Positions 11,401 through 22,389 of a stretch of 64,000 nucleotides of DNA are shown one piece after another (position 1 is the first letter of the stretch; each line of letters opens with the position of its first letter). The stretch spans positions 14,322,001-14,386,000 of the forward strand of contig CM068756.1 in assembly GCA_035084275.1 (NCBI GenBank), given 5' to 3'. Below the pieces are notes generated by a model. The model was not told the origin of the DNA, made no database searches, and saw only the letters and a list, made by a program, of their open reading frames with translations. Source of the stretch: Hydrolagus colliei. Taxonomy: Eukaryota. Position numbers and translations under genes: made by a program.

Positions 11401-11690
11401 TCTCCGCTCCCACTCTGTGGAATTCCATCCCCCAATCCCTCCGTCTCGTTTCTTCCCTTTCCTCTTTCAAGGCCGGTTTGAAGACTTTCCTCTTCGACCG
11501 TGCCTTTGTTCCACCCCGAATTTTTCGACCTCCCCTACGTGTTTCACCCCTTCCCAAACACTCCCCTCCCAGCTCGGGTCACAAGGCGCCTTGTGACCCG
11601 AGCCTTGGGACGTCCTCCCGACAGCGCCTTGTGACGTCCTCCCGACGTGAAAGGCGCTTTATAAGTGTAATTTGTTGTTGTTGTTTTTGT
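8410..11690 (+). mobile_element. L2-clade LINE, near-complete ORF2 (APE + RT), frameshifted near the poly-C at about 9775-9850
   Basis: APE motifs (ALTETW, GDFN) in 8779-9855. RT motifs ([32 protein letters not shown]) in 9831-11693. Ends in a (ttg)n tail. Confidence 0.95.
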
Positions 11691-12529
11691 TAATGCTGAT
11701 CAATGTTGAGCTGAAGAGAAACGGGGATTGTTCAATGGGGAGAAGAAGTTGTTATTTTCTTACTGTTGTCCGAATATCAAAGAGTCCAAACGAAAACACT
11801 CCAATGGCTGAAGCTGAATCCAACCTGTGACTGTGCTCTGGTCTGAACATTCCTCGAGTATTGCCCAGCAAGAAAGAGAGCAAGGCTCTTGCAATGGAAT
11901 TATACTTTGACATTTACAAATACAGAAGAACGATTGGGGTTTTAATGCTGAGTTGTTTCATGTCAGGTACATTCAAAGCAGAAGCGTGAATATCTATGCA
12001 TGCAAACTTCTATTTTTTTTACTGCATTCGGCTATTGTGCCACATATTGTTGACCATCTTTTAAGTTAGCCCATATCAAGCGTTGTTTTATGGATACTAG
12101 AGACAGAATAACTAGAGGAGACTGGTTCATACAATATGCTTTTTATTGAAATGCTGATTGAGCATGCTACACAGCAGTTCCTAATATTGTAGTAGAGTTA
12201 TTCTATATTCTAATAATTCTGTGGTTACATTTATGGATTGATCAGATTCACAGTAAATATGCTTTAGCAATTAATTATGGTTATATGTGTATTGTAAACA
12301 ATTATTTCCAAGAAATTTCCTGAAGACATATTATGTAAATATTAATAAATGTGATTGAAACAGGTGAAAGCGGAAGAGAATGATTAATATGCACATTTTT
12401 CACTATAGTGGAAAACTACATTTAATAATAACATAATAAACAATAATAATCCTTACATTTGATATAGAGCTTTCCACATCTTATTGATGGTCTCAAAGCG
12501 CGTATATATACTGTGCACCATTATCAGTT

Positions 12530-12676
12530 TCAGTGCCTGTTGCATTTCTTAGATCTTGGTTCCCTGCAGATAGCTGCTGCTTCTCCTCTGTGGTTTCTCA
12601 CATCCTCTGTATTCTTAACGGACGTCAACTTCAACGCAACATATGCCACCACCTTACTCTCAGCTCCGAGCATCAT
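12530..12676 (-). pseudogene. Third tandem Tyr-motif exon downstream of gene 2, acceptor mutated
   Basis: Reads MMLGAESKVVAYVALKL...; the AG acceptor seen in paralogues is CG here (12678-12677). Conserved AATAAA (minus) at 12142-12147. Confidence 0.6.
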
Positions 12677-13039
12677 CGATAAAACATAACACCACAACAA
12701 CAACATATTGTATTTGTAGAACATCTCTCATGTTGGCAGTAGATCCCAGGTTGCTGATAGATTGCGGTCTTCACTGTTCTGATGATTTGCTATATATTTA
12801 TAGTTGAATGCTTACTACTGTACTTGGCTAAGCTGTATCTGAAGCATAAGAATTCCATGTTATGATGTTTGATTTATTTTATCCGATTCTAGCGAAGAAA
12901 TTGATTGATCAAATCAAAATCAAGACATTGTGTTCCGTAACTCTTGTTTATTGAAAATCACAAAACCACTTCACAATGTTACAAACTATCAGAACCTAGT
13001 TTGAGATTTGAATTGGTATATTTTGTTCTAGAGATGTAA

Positions 13040-13990
13040 CAACAACTTTGATTTATATAGCGCCCTCCACGCAGGACGGCATCTCAGAGCGTTTCAGACT
13101 CCCCGAGCCAGGGGGAGGGGGAAAAAGGTGAGCAAAGGCATGGTTGAACAGAAAGGTCTTCAACTGAGACCTGCAAGAGAGGGAGTGAGGTGAAGGGAGT
13201 GAGGAAGGGAGTTCCAGAGCTTCGGGGCATAGTGGCTGAAGGCATGGCTGCTGATGGTCGAGCGGAGGATTTGGGGATAAGGAGGTGACCAGAACCAGAA
13301 GAGTGAAGGCAACGGGTGCTGTTTTGGCGGAAGAGGAGGTCAGAGAGGTAGGGGGTGCAGAAGAGTAGAGATAAAAGTGAGGTTCTTTAAATCGATCCTC
13401 TCCGGGACAGGGAGCAAGTGAAGTCTGGCAAGGACTGGGGTAATAGGGGAGCAAAGTTTGATGCAGGTGAGAATGCGGTTGGCAGAGTTCTGAAGGAGCT
13501 GGATTTTATGGATTGTGGTGGAGGGGAGACCAGCGAGGAGTGCATTTGCACAGTCCAGCCGAGAGGTGACAAACGCATGGACCAAAGTTTCAGCAGCTTT
13601 TGGGACAAGGAATTGCTGGAGACGGGCAATATGTAGGAGGTGGAAAAAAGCAGTGCTCGTGAGGGACTAGATGTGGGGGAGGAAGGACAGTTGGGGGTCG
13701 AACCTGATGCCAAGCTTGCGTACTGGTTCATAGAGTTTTAGGGGCAGGTCGGTTAGGTGGAGTAGGTGAGAACTGCATGATTGAAGACGATGACGAGAGC
13801 CAAAGAGTATGGCTTCCGTCTTGTCAACTTTCAGCTGCAGGAAATTCACGCTCATCCAGCTCCTGATGTCTGACAGGCAGGCTGACAGTACATCAAGGTA
13901 CTGGGTGGGGGGGTCGCAAAATGAGGTGGAAAAATAGAGTTGGATGTCATCCGCATACATATGGAAGTGTATCCCATGTCTGTGGATAAC
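13040..13990 (-). mobile_element. L2 LINE 3' fragment
   Basis: MYADDIQLY..., AFVTSRLDCANALL... in broken frames; tail at about 13040. Confidence 0.85.
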
Positions 13991-14080
13991 ATCATCAAGC
14001 AGACCAGCATTGATATAAACACTGTCGCTAGTCTACATCACTAGGAATCTGTACAGTGTTAATTGTCTAATATTGTGACA

Positions 14081-14245
14081 TTATGCGATTCCTGATTCCA
14101 TGGCAGTGACAGCTTTGTAATTTCCGATATTTACCTCTGCATACTCTGAATTCTTGTCGCGGCGTTTAGCTTTTCCTGTTTTTTGGTTGCGAGGGAAATC
14201 CAGATCAGCGTAGGTCAGCTTGTTAGCGGCTGCTCCTTGCTTGGT
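14081..14245 (-). CDS. Gene 2 cytoplasmic exon B (ITIM LTYADL and SEYAEV) to stop
   Basis: cttttgcag acceptor, phase 0. TKQGAAANKLTYADLDF...NSEYAEVNIGNYKAVTAMESGIA*. Confidence 0.82.
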   Translation of the reverse strand, partial: TKQGAAANKLTYADLDFPRNQKTGKAKRRDKNSEYAEVNIGNYKAVTAMESGIA

Positions 14246-15073
14246 CTGCAAAAGAAAAATGGTTGGGATTGTCTTTTTGCTGGTTCCATAAATACACATA
14301 AATGTACATAGAACGGCACGGAAACTGAGCAGCTGGTGTTTATAATTCACACAACATCCATCCTTACCTATTTTCGTCTGTTTTCTCAAATTTCTTCTCA
14401 TGTATGCATTAAGTTTTATGTTAATAATATTGTTACTTTATTGTGAACCCATCAACCCCATGGCCAATTGATAAATTGGTTTCAAACTGCGATATCCAGC
14501 TGCAGATTTAAGGCTTGCCGATCTCAGCGATGAGCTGACAGCTGCTTTCATGTGTTGTTGCAGATTAGTTAATGTTGCAAATCCTAATTGCGCTATGAGA
14601 AATTAACATCTCAGGACATCTGGATCGGAACACATGTAATTCTCTTTAAATTAATTGCTGAATTGTTGATTCTTATATAAAGATATAATCTTAGGAATTG
14701 ATAGCCCAGAAGGCCAGTCTGCTGGTTGTACACAGGCTGCCTATTTGAAGGAATAATGTATTGAGTCCCATTTATTCGGCTTTCACCAACGCTCCTTTAA
14801 ACTGATCCATTTGGGATGTCCTCTCGACGTGAAAGACACTATATAAATGTAAGTTTTTATTGATTGATTTTATAAATACCCTTTATCTTTAGTTTAAAAA
14901 ATGATATTGGTTAAATGCTGGAAGGTTGAACACGTTTGACAACTAAATGGAGCATCAAAACATGTTAGAAGATTCGGTGGATGGAGGGTGGGGGGAACAG
15001 AATCGGGGATAAAGTATCAAATGATGCCTATTTACCAAACCTGTTTAATACAGGTTTAATACATGTTGTTTAC

Positions 15074-15184
15074 CTGGGCATATACGGTCCTCTCTTCCTG
15101 GTGTTTAGGTCTTGGAATTTTATTGGAACTTCTCAAATCCAATGTTACATAAGCCACGTTGTCACCCACTGCTCCCTCCCGCGT
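15074..15184 (-). CDS. Gene 2 cytoplasmic exon A (ITIM VAYVTL and TVYAQ[V])
   Basis: gttttacag acceptor; 111 nt to CAG|gtaaac. TREGAVGDNVAYVTLDL...ERTVYAQ. Read-through gives VNNMY* with the stop at 15056-15058. Confidence 0.85.
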
Positions 15185-15892
15185 CTGTAAAACAAAGTAT
15201 AGAGTAAAATGGTTGTTCGGTTGCCTTCCCAGGTCTGTACTCTTTGACCATGGTATTGAATAAGTAGGGATTTTAGGGAAACAATGGCTACTGTCATTTC
15301 AAATAGTTAAAGACAGGTAACGTTGAGTAGGTAGATTCAGTTCTCTCTAGAGGCAGTAAAATTCATGTGTCCAACTGAGGTTTTGCCATCCACCCCCATG
15401 AAAATATGTGCAGACCTGATTAGATGGACCAAACAAGATGTCTCACATACATAAAGTATCATCACTTAAAACATGCTGGAACTCGTCACAGTCGTGACTC
15501 AGAATGGTTACTAGAAATGTAAATTACAGCAAGTAAACCGTATTTATTCAAGTAACAACTTAATCCTGTTATGGGAAATAAATACGTGTGTAATTCTGGA
15601 GGAATTATTAAATTTAGAAAACTTTCAGTCCACAATCCAATTCAACGTAACTGCTGTCTTGTTGGGGTGGGACGAGATTTGTGAATCACAATCATAAGAA
15701 ATTGACGATACACTTTGTTATGGTTTTGGGGACCATTTTGTGTGCTGCAGGTTGGTTGCAGTAAATAGAGTTGCTACAAAGTCAACGATTCGCAGTCGTG
15801 AAGCATTTCTAAGACCCTTATAGTTATATGGGCCACAATGATAATTACTAAATTGGTCCATTGGTTACCCAAATTATTGGTGATAAACTTAC

Positions 15893-15936
15893 CCGATGTT
15901 CAAGATTGCCCAATCGAGTTGGGTTTCCCTTTGATC
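15893..15936 (-). CDS. Gene 2 short cytoplasmic exon
   Basis: catatttag acceptor and CGG|gtaagt donor; 44 nt, phase 1 to 0 (GSKGNPTRLGNLEHR). Links the TM exon to exon A in frame. Confidence 0.72.
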
Positions 15937-16664
15937 CTAAATATGAATAAAATGTATTGAATTGTATATTTACTAAATTTCAATGTTAACACTAAAATAA
16001 TGCAATTGTTCTACATTTCAGGAAGAATGTAATGACAAGTAGAATCTCCACGTCACTAATACTTTCCAAAATCCTTAACACTGTGGAACTCTTGTCTTGA
16101 ACATTTGAAATCTCAATGTAATGGGAAATAAAGGCTATGCTGACAACTATTCCTTAATTCTTTTAGTTTTTAGTCTTAAGAAACTGGGATATTTCCTGCA
16201 ATCTGGGTCTAGGTCTGGGTCTAGCTCTCAGTAATAAAAAATATTTTTGAGGTCACAATTTCAATATACTGTAATATATATGGTGAATTTTACTACTGAT
16301 AAACATACTCTTGGTTCTAGTCCCTGTATTTGTTTGATTTCATTCATCACCACAGTCACTTACAAATGCACAACATTCATCGTATTTTAAGGTGTTTGAA
16401 ATATATTAAGTCAGATTTCAGACATTGGGATTTGGAAAATGAGACATTCTGGGATACTAACATTCACCATGAGAAATTGTTACAGTAATGAATCTGTTGC
16501 AATAACTACAAGTAATTGATATTATATCCTTGACATCATATAAATCTGCTGTCAAATTTGAAGTAACAAGTAATACTTTTTCTCTTTGCTAACCATTGGT
16601 GCATTCTTAGTTCTGATATCAATGGGTAATGTTTACAATTGCAATGAAATGAGAATTTTCTTAC

Positions 16665-16778
16665 CATTTTTCTTTTTCAATTGGCATCGCTTCCCAATTA
16701 TCATCAAAAGCACCAGAAATGTGACCACACCCGCAGCACAGCCACCATATAGTAAATAACGGGTTTGATTTCCACTCC
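16665..16778 (-). CDS. Gene 2 transmembrane exon
   Basis: tttctccag acceptor and G|gtaag donor; 114 nt. YLLYGGCAAGVVTFLVLLMIIG followed by basic KRCQLKKKN. Confidence 0.9.
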
Positions 16779-17909
16779 CTGGAGAAATAGCATACACTGA
16801 GGTGAAACTGTACATTGCGTAAGGGAACGATTTATAGCTTTAGTACAATAGAAATGTCATGCATATCATTTATGAAGCATATCTTGCGGTAAATTTAAGT
16901 AAGTATTAAGCACAATAACCGGATTAACTATTATGTCTAATCATAATCTGTGTCTTTATTGAAATAAGAATAAAAATTGGAAGGGGACCTTCACTGACAA
17001 CATCTTGCTGTTGATGTAGGGTAAGAAGGGTGTAACAATCTACATATGCACTCGCATATTTTTATTGTTGTTCTTGATTCTATTACACAGGCGACGGCAA
17101 CACACAGAATACCAAAATGCGATATCAATTTTCAGGGGAACCATCACAAAATACAATCCATAAATTGCACAGTCCATAAATTGCACAGACGCCTGTACAT
17201 CGCGCTGTCTGATGACAGCGATGAAACGTGCTCACTTGTGCTCACTTGTTATTAGTAAAAGGAAGGATGGAAAAGCATTTGATGATCAAGTGTCCTGTGC
17301 TGAAACTGAGATTTTGAAAATTATGCAGCTTTTTGAATGTGCTGATGATATCCATAATTTTCAAGTAGAGAATATCAGTTAGCCTAACAAAATGTTTGAT
17401 GATTCAGGTCGAATGTTTCACATTCAAACAGGATGATGTAGTTTGTCACCCCCAGGCAGAAAACCCTCATCACCATTCTCAACACCTTTGTTTCCTATCA
17501 ACCCTGGCATTGCTTCCTATTCCTGCAGATCTCCCGGGATAGCAATATTGGCAGTTCCTCAGGGTTCTATCCTCTGCCTCTCCTCTTCACTATCTATATG
17601 TTTCTACTTGGCGACATCATCTGTAGACATGTATTGCACATCCACTTGTATAACGATGAAACCCAAATCTCCCATCTATCGACAGAAAAGGCCTCCAATT
17701 CCTTGATGAGTTCTGAACTTCTTCAGCGGAATAATAATCCCTGCATTAGATATAGCACCTTACAGATCAAATGCAATTATTAGTATTATTCTGTTATTGT
17801 CATCTAAAATTGCTTCAGTTGATTCACTTGGTGAATCAATGCAACTAAACATCTCTATGAAAATTCAATGAATAACAGTTGACTTCTTAAAAATCGTTAA
17901 GCAGCTTAC

Positions 17910-18043
17910 CAACAATAGATTTTGTGACAGTGTAGGTGGCAATAGCTGAATTCTTGAGGCTAATGTGGGACACCAGACAAGTAGAAATAAATAGACGCTA
18001 GCTGGACAGACGTGAATGTTCGATAGAACTGGAGACCTTATAG
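17910..18043 (-). pseudogene. Degenerate duplicate of the 3' half of the C1 exon
   Basis: Aligns to YKVSSSIE...YTCLVxHxSLKxxAIATYT of gene 1/2 C1 with indels. Keeps the G|gtaag donor. Confidence 0.7.
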
Positions 18044-18213
18044 ATCTTTGTGTTTTAGATAGCGCCTTATATATCGAATGCAATGATTACGATTATTATT
18101 ATCTCATTTATTGACGTCTCAAATCGCTTCAAAAGATTCACTTGATGAATCAAGGCAAGTAAACGTGCCTATGAGAATTCAATTAACAAATTGAAAATCG
18201 GTTAGCAACTTAC

Positions 18214-18534
18214 CTGCGTCAGATTTTGGGTTGGTGTAGGTGGCAATAGCTGAAGTCTTGAGGCTGACATGAGACACCAGACAGGTATAAACAGATGATA
18301 TCTTGACAGACTGTATGTCTTCAATAGAGCTAGAGACCTTCTTGATTTCCCCAGGGTTCTGCTTTTCTATGCTTGCTGACCCTTCAAACTTTATTTCTGG
18401 TGTTGGAATAATTTGGCTCCCATCTTTATACCATGTGAAGATGAAATCCTTTGGGTTACACCCGGTAATTTCACACACAAGAGTTTGATGCTCAGTTGAA
18501 TTTCTAGGGAAAATCCTCAGTGGAGTTGGGGGAA
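18214..18534 (-). CDS. Gene 2 C1-set Ig exon
   Basis: ttctgcag acceptor and G|gtaag donor; 321 nt. VCEITGCNPKDFIFTWYKDG...YTCLVSHVSL. Confidence 0.92.
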
Positions 18535-19694
18535 CTGCAGAACAGAGAGTGGAGGATATTCATATTAACTTAGATCAATTGGCGGGACAAACTTTATTTT
18601 GATCCATTTCTTTGCAAGACTATGAGTCCTGAATGCAAATGGAAGGTTCTTTAGACGCATAAATATCCCTCTCATCAGGCGAAATTGATCACTGCAAACT
18701 CTCGAACAGACGAGATAGAGGATTCCTGACAGGTGTTTGTACATTGTATTATTCTGGCTCAATTGGTGGCTTTCTCGCCTCTGAGTTAGAAAGATATGGG
18801 TTCAGGCTCCGCATCGGGATCTCATGGCATTCTTCAAAAATAGAACAGAGTTTCCCTGGTGGCCTGCCCTACAATAACGCAAATTTGAAAAAAGAAATGG
18901 TCATCCACCCCATGGCTGTTGTGGGACATTGCTGGGAATAAATTGGTGGCTGTGTTTGCTCATAAATTACTCAGTCTCATCACTTTGGGAAATGTGATAC
19001 ATTTGCAGTGGCTTAAGTTGGCTGGGGGCGCAGCTTTAGAGTCTTGAGCCCCCGAGTGCATGTGGAGCCAAGGACCCCAGTGTGTGGAGCCTCAACAAAA
19101 ACTTAGTTAGGGTGGGCACCGATATTAAAGTTTGGAAGCCACTTCTCTAGCGGGTTTCAATGGTGTGGCAAGGCACTGTATCAAATGAAGGAATTGTATT
19201 ATTTAAGTCTTCAGAGGTTTTGAATAGGTAAAGAGGGAAACGATGAGTCAAAAACAAGAATTCATCAGTTAAAATGTTTACCATGAAATAAAGGAAAGGT
19301 TGAATACTGATTTTTCTGAGAGGCGATTGGATCAAAATCAAAATATTGTACTAAAGCAGTGTCCATAACAGTTATAAAAAAGGAATTTAAAAATCATAGT
19401 TCTTTTGTCTTCTATATGGATTTTGGAATACTCGTGTGAATAACATGCATCAATTCTGTAACTGTTATAACAGTAGAATATATAAAATATTTCATTAAGT
19501 TGTGATGACTTGAATTGTTTTGAGTTTCAGTTTTAGTGTATATGTTGAAATTAAAATGTTATTTCACTTAATATATGCCATAAACTAGTACGTGAAAATG
19601 ATTAATGGACAAACAATATACATCAATATACCATACAACGCATCATTACTTTTAATGTAATTTCCGAATACTTTCGCTCTTCATCCACACTCAC

Positions 19695-20015
19695 CGCACA
19701 CAGTTAAGCTTGATCCAGGTCCTGTTCCAATTCCTGATCCCTGACGGATCACTGAGCAGCGATAGACTCCAGAGTCCTGTAAACTCACATTCAGGAACTG
19801 GAAGAAGCCGCTTCCTTTGCCTTTCACACCAAATCTTTTCCTGCTGTCCGCCTGTGTATCCAAGTAGCTGTCCTCACCCTCCTTCTCCCACTTCACCTCC
19901 TCTCCTGAACCGTGTTGCGAGAAGGGAAAGATACAGCTGAATGTGACGTTTGTCCCACTGATGGCAGCCACACGTTCAGGGATTTGAGTCACTTTCACTG
20001 AAGAATCGCCAGCAA
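19695..20015 (-). CDS. Gene 2 V-set exon with J-like motif
   Basis: tctgacag acceptor and G|gtgagt donor; 321 nt. FSC...VKW...DSGVYRC...GTGPGSSLTVC. Confidence 0.94.
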
Positions 20016-20159
20016 CTGTCAGAAAATAAAGTCAAACACCGATTTCTGAGAAAAAGTAGGTACATAGAGAAAAAAACTTAAATATGTATGATAAATGGCA
20101 TGTGGAAACAAGGTAGCACATAATTCATAGAACAATGAAGTTATGCAATAAATATATAC

Positions 20160-20211
20160 CAGTTGAAGCAATATTTATGACAGCCAGGTACAGAAAGAGA
20201 ACACTCCCCAT
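20160..20211 (-). CDS. Gene 2 leader exon
   Basis: MGSVLFLYLAVINIAST plus G|gtatat; 52 nt. Confidence 0.88.
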
Positions 20212-20355
20212 TTCTGACTCTGGCTCTGATGAGCTGTAACACATGAACCTACAGTATTAGATATAGAGTACGTAGCTGTGACACTGATTTCCTGTTTCTT
20301 TGGGTTCATGAAATGTCGCTGTTGTTGTTGTTGATGTGATTTGAAATCACACGTC
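20212..20355 (-). promoter_or_regulatory. Putative promoter and 5'UTR of gene 2
   Basis: gctgtgacactgatttcctg (GGAA core on minus) and palindrome TGTGATTTGAAATCACA at 20335-20351. Confidence 0.5.
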
Positions 20356-21349
20356 TACAGTAAAATTGTAATTCCCCTGATTAATAGAGAAAGGTTAAAC
20401 ACATATCTAAACATACAACAATAGCATTCAACCTCACTATCTATCGAGGCAGTGGTGCTTTCTCTAATCGGAAATATTATTTTAAGCATCAACTCCGCTT
20501 GGAGTCAGTAGTGTCAGAAACAGGCCAATCTGGTGGCATCTTTCTGCTGATAGTTTTATCTATGCCCTATTTACAGAAATTAACCTTTCCCTCTAAAGCA
20601 CACCCCATCCCTCTATACAACCAAATTATCGTCCCATCTTAACCTTACGTATCCAAAGTCTTGGCCACTCAACTTTGCTACTACTGTACCTGTTTCTCCA
20701 CTGAGTCAAAGAAATCCATTTTCTACACAAGCGATAGACAGCACAGTCAAAGTCACGATAATATACACTCTCTGTGTTTCTCTCTCTCTCTAGAACCGCA
20801 GCCATCTGCCTTTTTGTGTTCCTTTATATCCAAACAACAAGAACAACACAATTATATTTTTTATAATGCCTTTCACGTCAGGAGGATGTCCCAAGTCTGT
20901 CTGTCTGAACAACCAAGGTGCCTCTGTCTTTTTGTCCTCTTACATGTTCTGTTGTACTTTGCACTGGAGATGAAGTGTATTCTTGGCCCACTTCTTGTTC
21001 CCATCTACGTGTTCTCTAGGTGATACTAACCACAGAAACGCTATTAACTTCTACATTTATGTGAGTGAAAGAAAAGTCTACTTTCCAATGCTGATTCTCT
21101 ATCCACTTGTGTGTCAAGATGTACAGTAGATGACCCCAGATTTCCTCTAAATTAATATTGATAATGGAATGCATTCTGCAAATATTTCCTTTCTCCCATG
21201 TCTTGCTGGACCACCAATCGTGCCCATACCTTCATTTCTTCTCCACAAAATACACAAATACATACATAATTTCATAGAGGAAGGTTCTATTACTTGAATT
21301 TCCAGTTGTAGACATTAAATCATATGATCTTACTTAGGTCAAACAAGAT

Positions 21350-21900
21350 ATATGGAAAAACACAAAATACTACAGAGGCTGGAAATCTGAAGCAAAAACA
21401 GAAGTTGCTGGGAAAACTCAGCAGGTCAGGCAGCATCCAAGGAGAAAGGAAAGTGAGTCGGTGTTTCGGGTTCATGACCCTTCATCAGAATTGGGCGTGT
21501 TGGGAGGGAGGGTTTTTTAAGGACAAATTAGAGAGGGGAGGCAGGACAAGGAAGACAAAGGAGACAAAGAAGACAAAGGAAGAAATGCGTTAATTGATAG
21601 GCTAAATAGGTGATAACAGTGCGAAACAAAAGGGGATGGGTTTAAACAGAACTGGGGAGAAGAGGTGTTAATGGTGACAAGCAGACAAAACACCAGAGAG
21701 GCAAGGGGTGTCTGGAGTGATGATTGTAATGGGGGAGGGGGAGCTCTTATGGCCTGAAGTGGCTGAAATCAATGTTGAGGCTAGAGGGCTTAAGGGACCC
21801 CAGCAGATAGATGAGATGTTGTTCCTCAAACTTTCGCTGTGGGTCACTGGAATAGCACAGGAGACCATGGATGGAGAGATCAGCCTCTGGATATGAGTGT
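21350..21900. mobile_element. Penelope-like element remnant
   Basis: gctggaaatctgaagcaaaaacagaag...ctcagcaggtcaggcagcatc...gacccttcatcagaa is a terminal motif I recall from shark Penelope-like elements. Confidence 0.5.
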
Positions 21901-22389
21901 GAGTTGAAATAGAGGGATACCAGTAGATCAGAGTTGATCAGGGTTGAAGATATCTGCCTTGGAGATGCTGGACTTCCTCAAATCAATCGTAGAGAGGATC
22001 CAATCAGCTGCCTCTGCCCTTCTGTCTACTCCCCCTCTCGATCAATCCATCACAGCCAGGCTCCTAACCGTCCTACCTCCCACACCTTTGCATCAGTCTC
22101 TGAATTGACTGCCCCTTTGGTCACCTTTCTATCCCTGCCACTGGCTCAGTTCCGGAATCCGCTACCGTGAAGCGCTCTGAGATGCCGTCGAGTGTGGAGG
22201 GCGCTATATAAATTGAAGTTGTTGTTGTTGAGTCATCGCTTACCACCACTATAACTCGCATAACTAACCACCTGCTCCCTCAACCCCATCTCCAGCCCAC
22301 TCCTTACATACCATCACCTTGGCTATCTACTCATAGACAAAATAAGTCTCTCGCTGTCCAATGGCAACATTCCCACCTCTTTCAAATGA

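Noticed and set aside
9298-11557. Several Gly/Arg-rich antisense ORFs over the L2, and similar ones over CR1 and ERV
   Set aside because: By-products of the C-rich sense strand of the retroelements.
20661-21023. 120-aa plus-strand ORF and a possible minus-strand exon near 20880-20960
   Set aside because: No recognisable domain, no paralogous conservation and no convincing splice pair.
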